Positions 55,898 to 64,000 of a stretch of 64,000 nucleotides of DNA are shown piece by piece. The notes below the pieces were generated by a model. That model ran no database searches. It was not told the DNA's origin and saw only the letters and a program-made list of their open reading frames with translations. Each line of letters begins with the position of its first letter. The stretch's first letter is position 1. Origin of the DNA: Candidatus Latescibacterota bacterium. Lineage in GTDB: Bacteria > Latescibacterota > UBA2968 > UBA8231. Made by a program: the position numbers and the translations under genes. Location: assembly GCA_965200315.1 (NCBI GenBank), contig OZ241362.1, positions 2,848,001 through 2,912,000 on the forward strand. The letters run 5' to 3'.

Positions 55898-57571
55898 ATG
55901 TACGCTTTTTTTCTTTTTTACGGAGCACCAGTGGCGAAAGCAGGCAGCCTAGCGCTCCTTTTAATTTGCACAGGCTGCGGACCGCAGGATGAAAATCCCA
56001 CGGTCGCGGAGGTTGGAGAGCGAACGATCACTGTACAAGACGTGCGGGATTTCCTCGCCAAACTGCCCGAGCACACCAAGGACGAAGAAGCCGGGAAGGA
56101 GCCGTTGAGGTACCATCTACAGACCATGATCGACATGGAACTGCTGCTGATGGAAGCCCGAAGCGAGGGCCTCGAGAAGAGTTCCCCCTACCTGACTAGG
56201 GTGATCCAGATCAGGAAGGCGAAGCTCGTCAGTGAGTACGAGCGAAGGACGATCGACGCAACGGTAGAAGACGGTGAAGTAGAAGAGTACATAGACCGGG
56301 AGGGGCTCGACCGCGCGATCAGACTGGGCGACATCCTAGTCGCCGACCGCGAGACGGCAGAGAAGGCCGCGAGGGAGATCGAGGGAGGGGCGAGCTTTGC
56401 GGACGTCGCGAGGAAGCGGTCAATGCACAAAGAGACCGCGGCCCGGGGCGGGGACACAGGTCGGTTCACCACTAGGTACGAGATGATTCCCAGCCTCGCC
56501 GACAAGCTGTTCGGGCTCGCGGTAGGCTCGGTGTCGGAGCCAATTCAAATCGGCGGCCGATACGTCGTCTTCAAGATCCTCGATGAAACGACCGCTCAGT
56601 TCAATCCGCGGCAGCGGATGAAAATCGCGGAGGAACTCAAACGAAAGAAGCACGGAATCGCGAAGGCCGAGTTGGTGACGAAATTGAGGGACCAATACCG
56701 CCTCGAGCCGGTCCGAGATGGCATAGCCGCTGCCGTCGAGGCGCTGCGCCCCGGTGCGGCGAACGACGGCCACGACTCATCTGCGATTGTACTCTACCAG
56801 TACGACGGCGGAGAGATCACAGCTACCGACCTCATCGGCGCGGCCAAAATCCGCAAGGGCAATGTCTTGGAGACACTCCGCGACGCCGAGCAGGTGGTCT
56901 ACTTCGTCGAGCAGTACATCATTCCGGACGTGATGATTCAGGAGGCGGCTGTGCGCCAAGGTATCGATCGCGAAGAGGCGGTGGCCCGATGGCTCGAAGA
57001 GCAGGGAAAGCAGCTATTGGTAAGGGTCCTCAGATCCAAAGTGTTAAAGGAGAGAGTGACTATCACGGAAGACGACCTGCGTCAGTACTACGAGGCCAAC
57101 GCCGAGAGATTCCTGCATCCCGAACAGACTGAGGTCCAGGAGCTCCTCGTAAAAACAGAAATAGAAGCACTGCGGTTGAAAGGGATGATCGAGGACGGTG
57201 CCGCTTTGGGCTACTTGGCGAAGAGACATTCGCTTCGATCGCTCGAGGTGCGCGATGACGAGGGTCGATTCCACGTGCATCGTTACGAATCGCCCCAGTT
57301 CGGCGGTTTCGTGGAAGCTGCGGTTGAGGCCGAAATCGGCGAGCTCACGGGACCAGTCAAGGTGCAGGAGGGCTACTCCATCTTCAAGGTGCTCTCCCGG
57401 GAACGCAAGCGCGAGACCTTCGCCGAAGCTGAGATGAGGGTCCGATCGCAGTTCAGACGCCAGAGACACCGGGACACGTTCAACGAGTACATGGAGGAAC
57501 TGTACAACCGCTACGAGTCAGAGGTGTCAATTCACGAGGACAGGCTTGCGGCGGCGTTTGCCGTGCGGTAG
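55898..57571 (+). CDS. PpiC/parvulin-type peptidyl-prolyl isomerase lipoprotein (two rotamase domains)
   Basis: GGAGG RBS; lipobox-like CTGC; F.DVA...S......GGD.G, G.VSEPI; second domain GELTGPV....GYSIFKV. Confidence 0.82.
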   Translation: MYAFFLFYGAPVAKAGSLALLLICTGCGPQDENPTVAEVGERTITVQDVRDFLAKLPEHTKDEEAGKEPLRYHLQTMIDMELLLMEARSEGLEKSSPYLTRVIQIRKAKLVSEYERRTIDATVEDGEVEEYIDREGLDRAIRLGDILVADRETAEKAAREIEGGASFADVARKRSMHKETAARGGDTGRFTTRYEMIPSLADKLFGLAVGSVSEPIQIGGRYVVFKILDETTAQFNPRQRMKIAEELKRKKHGIAKAELVTKLRDQYRLEPVRDGIAAAVEALRPGAANDGHDSSAIVLYQYDGGEITATDLIGAAKIRKGNVLETLRDAEQVVYFVEQYIIPDVMIQEAAVRQGIDREEAVARWLEEQGKQLLVRVLRSKVLKERVTITEDDLRQYYEANAERFLHPEQTEVQELLVKTEIEALRLKGMIEDGAALGYLAKRHSLRSLEVRDDEGRFHVHRYESPQFGGFVEAAVEAEIGELTGPVKVQEGYSIFKVLSRERKRETFAEAEMRVRSQFRRQRHRDTFNEYMEELYNRYESEVSIHEDRLAAAFAVR

Positions 57572-57750
57572 TGGTCCTGTGTCGTTACTGGCTCTGCGGA
57601 ACGATTACGCTGCCCTCGCGAATTACTGTTTAGTTTGCCGCCGTAGCGGTGTTCTCGGTAGGTAGCATAGCCGCGGATGTTGAATGGGTTGAGTGGGACA
57701 GAGATGCCAGAAAACACCGTTCACCCTCTAGAATCCATCGAGGTCTAACT

Positions 57751-59385
57751 ATGAGCATCGACACCTACACAGTGAACCATTGGAACGAGGCGACGCACGT
57801 TCACGAGCCATCGATCCTTACCATAGAGCAGGACTTCACCTTCGACGCGCTCGGGTTCGTCGTGCTGCCGCGACTCCTCAGCCAAGCCGAGCTGTCCGCG
57901 TACCGCGACAGCGGCGATGGGCCGGGCGATCTCTGTAGCGAGGCCGGCTCCGTTGGACGCTACGTGCGCGAGCTGTGCGGCGATGGCTTTCGCCAAGACG
58001 GCCCTGCAAGGTACGTCTCTGCCGCCTCAGGAGGGAACGACGAAGCCTCGCTGCCACTAAAAGGCGGGGTGCATACGCTGGACCGGGCGTACATCAACCT
58101 AGCGGGGTGGAATGGCTGCAACGCCGACGGAACTCAGCTCCAGCGGGCCGGCGGTGCTTGGGAAGAGGTCCGCATCCGGCAGTGCCAAGGGCTGGTAGTG
58201 GCCATCGCCCTCACGGACTCCACAGAAGGCAAGTGCCCGCTGGTGGTCGTGCCCTCCTCTCACAAGAGCGGGCTGCCTGCCCCACCGCTTCCATCCTCCA
58301 GCAGCTTCGCCGAGCGCCCGGCGCTGGCGGCGGGCGATGTGCTGCTGTGCGCCGCCAGTACGCTACACGGGGTCTGTCCGCAGGGTGATGGGGGCGAGCT
58401 ACTCGTGGTAAATTTCATCTCGCGCACGGCTCGGCCACAACATCCACCTGACCAGCAGGACAAGCAGCCCCTACCCGCATGGGCGGAAGGGCTGGGCGAG
58501 GCCGAGCAAACCGTGCTGGCGGGCGGCGACTCTCGGTGCCTGCTCCTATCGGACGGTGCTACCACCTCGCTCATCTCCGCCGCCGATGCCGACGCGGCGC
58601 AGCGGGCCTCCTCTGCCCTCGAGTTTGAACGCAGAGATGATCATGCCGAGCGCTGGGCGTTTGACACCCAAGGCTTCCTGTTGGTCGAGGGCGTCATGGA
58701 CGATGATTGGGTCGATGCGGCCGTGGCGGGCATCGAGGCCAACCTCGACCGCCTGGTGTACCGGGGCACAGGCGACAACAAGCTCGACGGGGACGTGACG
58801 CTTGCCGACATCCCTAAAGCACCGACGATTTCGGGCACAGGTCGGCCGGACCTGAAGGACTTGTTTCAGCTACCGGCGCCGCACAATGCGCCTTTCCTCA
58901 AAATGCTGGCGCATCCGGCCGTCATCCAGCGCCTGAACTGGATGATTGGACCAGGGTACAGGGTGACTCAGAACACGGCCCTGTGCCACGTCAAAGGCTC
59001 GAGCGGACAGATGCTGCACTCGGGGAACGCCAACCCGACCTGCATCGGCAAGCACTACGAGATGGTAAACGGGCGCGTACATACGAGGTCGGGCATCAAC
59101 GTCGCTTGGCAGCTCACCGACGTCGGGCCCGACGATGGCGGATTTGTCGTAGTGCCGGGCAGTCACAAATCGTGCTACCCCTTGCCGCATTCGGTGCGGG
59201 TCTGCAACGAGCGCACGCCGATCCGCCACATTCCAATGCGTCGTGGGTCTGTTCTCTTCTTTTTGGGAGGGACGGTCTGTCACGGGGCGTACCGCTGGGA
59301 GGCTGAGGCACCGCGGCGGACAGCACTCTTCACGTACGGGCACGACGGCCGGCGTCCTTTTGCATGGCCCTCGAGCAAACTGTGA
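57751..59385 (+). CDS. Tandem two-domain PhyH-family protein
   Basis: Domain 1 FDALGFVVL..VVVPSSHKS..LHG; domain 2 FDTQGFLLV..LAHP..LHSG..GFVVVPGSHKS..CHGA..RR. Confidence 0.75.
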   Translation: MSIDTYTVNHWNEATHVHEPSILTIEQDFTFDALGFVVLPRLLSQAELSAYRDSGDGPGDLCSEAGSVGRYVRELCGDGFRQDGPARYVSAASGGNDEASLPLKGGVHTLDRAYINLAGWNGCNADGTQLQRAGGAWEEVRIRQCQGLVVAIALTDSTEGKCPLVVVPSSHKSGLPAPPLPSSSSFAERPALAAGDVLLCAASTLHGVCPQGDGGELLVVNFISRTARPQHPPDQQDKQPLPAWAEGLGEAEQTVLAGGDSRCLLLSDGATTSLISAADADAAQRASSALEFERRDDHAERWAFDTQGFLLVEGVMDDDWVDAAVAGIEANLDRLVYRGTGDNKLDGDVTLADIPKAPTISGTGRPDLKDLFQLPAPHNAPFLKMLAHPAVIQRLNWMIGPGYRVTQNTALCHVKGSSGQMLHSGNANPTCIGKHYEMVNGRVHTRSGINVAWQLTDVGPDDGGFVVVPGSHKSCYPLPHSVRVCNERTPIRHIPMRRGSVLFFLGGTVCHGAYRWEAEAPRRTALFTYGHDGRRPFAWPSSKL

Positions 59386-59414
59386 CCTCCTCGCACCCAA
59401 TGCCCGCGGCCTTG

Positions 59415-61700
59415 ATGAAATCCAAACATCTGCGTGGTGCCGTGCTGGCACTCGCTGCGGCTGCGCCGCTCAATGCCGAGGAATTGCGCTTCGACAACGC
59501 CGCCCAGTGGCGCCGGTGGCCCCTACCCTTAGGGATAGTCGAACTGACGCCCCAAGGGGTCGTCCGCCCTTTGTCGGTTCGCAAAAACATCAATGCCGCA
59601 CTCGATGCCCTAGACCATGGCGGGTCCATCCGCGGCGTCGGGTCCAACCGCGCCACCGCGGCCCTAATTTTCGACGGCGACCCCGCAACCGGCTGGCAGC
59701 CCGCCTCGGGAGACTTGGAAGAGACGGGCTGGATCGAGGTGGATCTGGGCCGCGGCGTCCCGGCCAGCCGCGTCTCCCTAATTTTCGACAGCGCGGCACC
59801 CCCTTTTGAGATTTTCAACCTGCTGCTGTCCACAGGGGAACAGTTCGTCGACCACGCCAGAATCCCGGTCCCCGGCACCCTGACCTACCGCATCGCCGAG
59901 CGCTTCGGCGCAAACAGCACCCACCGCGTCGACTTTGCCATTCCCGCCATACCCCCGACGCCGATCCAGTTCGCGCGTCTCGAAGCGCTCAAGGCCGCGC
60001 CCGATGCGCGGCTGGTCGAAATCGAAGTGGAAGCCCTAGGAGACAACCTGATCTCGGGCTTGCGCGAGCGAGGTGGGCCGTCGAGATCATCATCGGCACC
60101 AGCCGCACAGATTTTGAAGCCGCGACGCTGACCAATGCCCTGCGGCTGATCGACGGCCAAATCAACACCTACTGGCGCAACGGCCGAGTCCCGCGCGCCG
60201 AAGACGATGTCTGGGCCTGGATCATGCTGGAGCTAGGTGCCGTCTACTGGGTCGACGAGGTGCACCACATCGGCCATATCGATCGCGGGCGGCATTTCAA
60301 TATGAACTTCCACGAGATGATGACCTCGGATGGCTCGCTGGCCGCGGACGGCTCGCTGCGCTGGACCAAGCACTTTTCCGGCGTCCTGCCGCCGACTATC
60401 CGCCGCCAAGGCATGGTTGCGCACCGTTTCGCTCCCATCCCCACGCGCTTCGGGCGCATCCTCTTCAAGACCTGGGACGCCCAGTGTACCACCGCATCCG
60501 GCACTGGCGCGCCCGGTTGCCACTCCAGTGGCCACACTGCGGAGATCATGGTCTTCAGCGAGGGTTTTCCGTGCGAGGTGCGCTTCGATTCCCCCATCCT
60601 CGATCTCGGAGGCCGGAAGAATGTCAACGCCCTCCGCTGGGCCGCCGATGTGCCTTCCGGCACCCGGCTCGAACTGCGCAGCCGCTCGGGCGACGAACTG
60701 GAGCAGAATTTTACCTTCTACGACAAGAATCTCAAAGAAGTCACCGAAAAGAGGTGGGATAAGCTCATTCCCTCTTTCCGCGGCTCCATCGATACTACCA
60801 CTGCGCCCGGCGGCGACTGGAATCCCTGGAGCAATATCTACGCGGCCTCCGGCCAGACCTTCCACTCGCCCTCGCTCAGGTGCTTCGTCCAGCTCGACGT
60901 GCGTCTGGTGAGCTACTCTCCTCTGCGGGCACCCTCCCTAGACTGGGTGAGCCTCGACTTCGCCGATCCCATCGCCGAACGCGTCAGCGCCGAGGTCTAT
61001 CCCTTCCAAGTCGAGCCGGGCACCATGGTGACCTTTTCCTACTGGCTGCGCGCCCCTGCTACTCGCGAAGGCTTTGACGGGCTGGCCCTAGAGGCATCCA
61101 CGCCCCTGCGCTTTGTCGACATCAGCCTCAATGGCGCACCCATCAAGGTCCAAGCGCGAGAGGACAGCGCCGGCTTCCGTTTGCAGTTCCCCCGCCGGGT
61201 GCAGAGCGGCGAACTGGTGGAGATGCGATTTGAGGCCGCCGCTTTCCTGCAGGCCACGCGTTTTGACCTCTTTCTCGAAGACAGCCGGCTGGGCCCGGAT
61301 GTGCGCCAGCGGGTCGAACCGGGGGACGCCAACCCACAGGTCGAAAGCAGTACCAATATCGTCGAGTTGACCTTGGATCGCGCCCTCTTCGCCCATCTCT
61401 CCGTGTACCCCAGAGTGCTCACACCCAATGGCGACGGCATAGGCGACCACCTCTTCATCAGCCTGAACCTGATCAACGTGCTGGAGCACAGACCGCTGAA
61501 ACTGGAGCTTTTCGACCTAGCCGGCCAGCCGGGTGCGCCAGACCTCGGGACAAGCGCTGGCCGGTGCCCAGGAACTGGTCTGGGACGGGCGAGACCAATC
61601 GGGCGACCTAGTGCCGCCCGGCCACTACTTTCTACGGCTCAAAGTGGAAAGCGACGCCCGCAGCCAGAGCGTCAGCCGAATGGTGTCGATCGTCTATTGA
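59415..61700 (+). pseudogene. Large secreted discoidin-like/FlgD-Ig protein with two frameshifts (about 60078 and 61528)
   Basis: Signal peptide; FDGDPATGW..IEVDLG; LELG..YWVD; VLTPNGDG..D; third frame WDGRDQSG.LVPPG.Y...MVSIVY*. Confidence 0.7.
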
Positions 61701-61760
61701 AATCCCGGCGGGACGTTGGATCGTTGGATCGGTTTCGTTTCCATACGCGCCAGGCCGCCG

Positions 61761-63473
61761 TTACTGGCTCTGCTCAACTATTCCGCTTCCCTCGCGAATC
61801 ACCAAGACCCTGTTGGGGGACAGAGCTGCAAAGCTCTCGACCCGACCGCTCGGCCAGAATACCTCTAGCTGATCTACAGTAGTGCATTCGCCCAAGCCGA
61901 AGTGGGCTCTCAAGTCGTTCTGGGATAGATAGCTCGAACCGCTCCGCACCTCATTGACCTGCATCACGTCCCCGCAGCGGAGTTTTACCCGAGCGCCGAT
62001 GCCGTCCCTGTTGCTGTCGGTGCCTTCCGTCTGGACTATCAGATAGTTGTTTCGATCACCTCCGTCGTTGCGCAGCAGCGTCGGGAGAGCGTTGAGCTCC
62101 AAGACGAATATGTCGAGGTCACCATCGGAATCGTAATCCCCGAAAGAAGCGCCTCTGCTTACCTTCTCGATCTGCAGTCCCGCGCCCGAGGTAAGGGACA
62201 CCTCGGCAAAGGTGCCATCCCCCCTATTCTCGAACAGTTGGTTTGTCTGGGCATAGCTGACTCCCAAGTTCGCCCTGTCGACCTGCGGATAGACATGGCC
62301 GTTGGCGACGAAAAGATCCTTGTCGCCGTCGTTGTCGTAGTCGAAAAACTCGGTGCCCCAAGCGAGGAACTGGAAGCTCTCCAACCCCACTCCCGCATCG
62401 AAAGTGAGGTCCGAGAAAAACCGCCCTTTGTCGTTGTGATACAGGGTGTTTGTCTCTTCCCAGAAGTTGGTGACCAGTATGTCCAGATACGCGTCGTTGT
62501 CGTAGTCCCCGAAGGCGATGCCCATGCATCCCTGTGGCTGGCCGCCCTCGCCGTATGCCGCGCCCTTCATCCAAGCCACGTCGGCAAAGGTCCCGTCGCC
62601 CCTGTTCTCGTAGAGATAGTTGGGGCCCGTATCGTTGGCCACGTAAATATCCGAATCGCCGTCATTGTCGTAGTCCCCCGCAACTACACCGAGTCCGTAC
62701 AGCATATCGCGATCCACAAGACCGGCGGCGGCAGTCGCATCGGAAAAGACGCCCTCGCCCTCGTTGCGGTAGAATACGTCCGCCTCCCCCCGCATCCCTT
62801 GAGGTCCGAAATGGACCGTCAACTCCCGCCACTCGTGCCTCCTGTCGGGAGTGGTTTCCATGAAATGATCGAAATCGACGTAGTTCGCCACATACAGGTC
62901 GAGATCGCCATCGCGGTCGGAGTCGAAGAAAGCACATCCGGTGCTGAATGACTCATCGCCGAAGACTCCGGCGCGCTGCGCGACATCGGCAAAGGCCCCA
63001 TCTCCCCGATTTTTGTACAGCGCGTTGCTGCCGTAGTTGGTCACATAGATGTCTGCATCCCCGTCGTTGTCGTAATCGGCCACGGCGCAGCCCATTCCCC
63101 AACCGGTGTCCCCGAGACCCGATTCTTCTGTGGCGTTCAAAAACGTCGTGCCCTCGTTGCGGTAGAGGGCATTGCGCGGACGATCCCGGCCGGGAAATCC
63201 CCCCACTCTCGACCCGTTCAGCACATACAGATCCAGATCCCCGTCCCGGTCGTAGTCGAAGAAGGCCGACCCCCCTATGAAGGCATCGACCACGTACTGC
63301 TGTTCGCCATCACCGGAGACGTTCATCAAGCTGACGCCGACCTCGGCCGCGACATCGACAAACTGCACGCGGGTGCCGAGCACGAGCCCGGCGGCGGCCT
63401 GCAAGGGGCTACAGAAGGAGATCGAGATGAGAAAATGGAGCCCGGAGGTATAGAGACGAGATCCGCGAGCCAT
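61761..63473 (-). CDS. CRTAC1-like FG-GAP/VCBS repeat protein with ASPIC/UnbV C-terminal domain
   Basis: Signal peptide; repeated DYDNDGD.D; NRDGIGARV, GSSYLSQ...HFGLG, WPSG. Confidence 0.92.
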   Translation of the reverse strand: MARGSRLYTSGLHFLISISFCSPLQAAAGLVLGTRVQFVDVAAEVGVSLMNVSGDGEQQYVVDAFIGGSAFFDYDRDGDLDLYVLNGSRVGGFPGRDRPRNALYRNEGTTFLNATEESGLGDTGWGMGCAVADYDNDGDADIYVTNYGSNALYKNRGDGAFADVAQRAGVFGDESFSTGCAFFDSDRDGDLDLYVANYVDFDHFMETTPDRRHEWRELTVHFGPQGMRGEADVFYRNEGEGVFSDATAAAGLVDRDMLYGLGVVAGDYDNDGDSDIYVANDTGPNYLYENRGDGTFADVAWMKGAAYGEGGQPQGCMGIAFGDYDNDAYLDILVTNFWEETNTLYHNDKGRFFSDLTFDAGVGLESFQFLAWGTEFFDYDNDGDKDLFVANGHVYPQVDRANLGVSYAQTNQLFENRGDGTFAEVSLTSGAGLQIEKVSRGASFGDYDSDGDLDIFVLELNALPTLLRNDGGDRNNYLIVQTEGTDSNRDGIGARVKLRCGDVMQVNEVRSGSSYLSQNDLRAHFGLGECTTVDQLEVFWPSGRVESFAALSPNRVLVIREGSGIVEQSQ

Positions 63474-63484
63474 CCGGTGTCAAC

Positions 63485-64000
63485 TCATGGTCCGTTCTCG
63501 TCTGCCGGCTCTAGGCGGCGAGCGATCTCGAACTGCTCATCTGCTTCGTGATACCTGCCCGTTTTCAGGTAGGCGTCGCCGAGACGGCGATGGTATTCGG
63601 CATTGGCGGGGTCGAGAGCGATGGCGAGCTTGTACTCGTTGATGGCGCTGATGTCCCGTCCCTGTCTGGAATACTGCACGGCGAGGTCGAAGTGAAACTG
63701 CGGATTGTCGGGGACCAAGGCGACGCTGCGTTCGAGTTCGGCGATGTTGCCTTCGCGCTGCTGCCGGAATATCTGCATCTCCCTCTCGCCCTCTTCGCGA
63801 TTCCCTTGCTTGAAATAGGCGTTGGCGAGACCGAAATGTGCTTCTGTGTTGAAGTAGTCGAGTCCGATGGCCTTCTCATACTCCGCGATCGCCTCTTCGG
63901 TCCTTCCGGTCTGGGCATACACAGCTCCTAGGGCGTAGTGGAAGAGCGCGTTGTCCGGCTCGCGCTCAATTGCCTGCCTGTACTGGTCGACAGCCTCCTC
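63485..64000 (-). CDS. TPR repeat protein, 3' part; runs off window end
   Basis: Repeated A...Y..AI.L.P....H..LG motifs; the frame is open to the window edge. Confidence 0.85.
   Translation of the reverse strand, partial: EEAVDQYRQAIEREPDNALFHYALGAVYAQTGRTEEAIAEYEKAIGLDYFNTEAHFGLANAYFKQGNREEGEREMQIFRQQREGNIAELERSVALVPDNPQFHFDLAVQYSRQGRDISAINEYKLAIALDPANAEYHRRLGDAYLKTGRYHEADEQFEIARRLEPADENGP

Noticed and set aside
1-64000. tRNA, rRNA, integrase, prophage or integron attC array
   Set aside because: None recognised by eye; the mosaic junctions lack att-like or attC-like sites.

Overview
A 64-kb GC-rich bacterial chromosomal segment with about 55 intact genes. I found no rRNA, tRNA or CRISPR array. 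The gene content includes 11 PhyH-family Fe(II)/2OG dioxygenase genes, sulfatases, enolase-superfamily and Gfo/Idh/MocA enzymes, a PQQ dehydrogenase, a DUF6785-like membrane protein, and FlgD-Ig/ASPIC-UnbV secreted proteins, one with a C-terminal 'TAV..WGKIK' tail. This suggests a Candidatus Latescibacterota/Poribacteria-like heterotroph, possibly a sponge symbiont (inference). Housekeeping genes are hemJ, rnd, ogt, gap and a DtxR/MntR regulator. The region is mosaic and eroding, with frameshifted genes, AT-rich inserts, an IS5 fragment, an internally deleted IS982, an IS200/IS605-like relic and several MITEs. The most notable signals are: (1) a 27-nt hairpin element present three times, twice as an in-frame 9-residue insertion in proteins; (2) a Csx1/TM1812-type CARF-HEPN RNase segment fused in frame inside an SGNH-TPR protein, with no cas genes nearby; (3) a terminator/anti-terminator leader, possibly a Na+ riboswitch, before a Na+ symporter, overlapping a possible UGA-readthrough UxxC tail of the MntR-like regulator; (4) inserts flanked by diverged duplications of resident gene ends; (5) PhyH enzymes with halogenase-like HxG triads. 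All calls come from reading the sequence and recalling family motifs; no searches were run.
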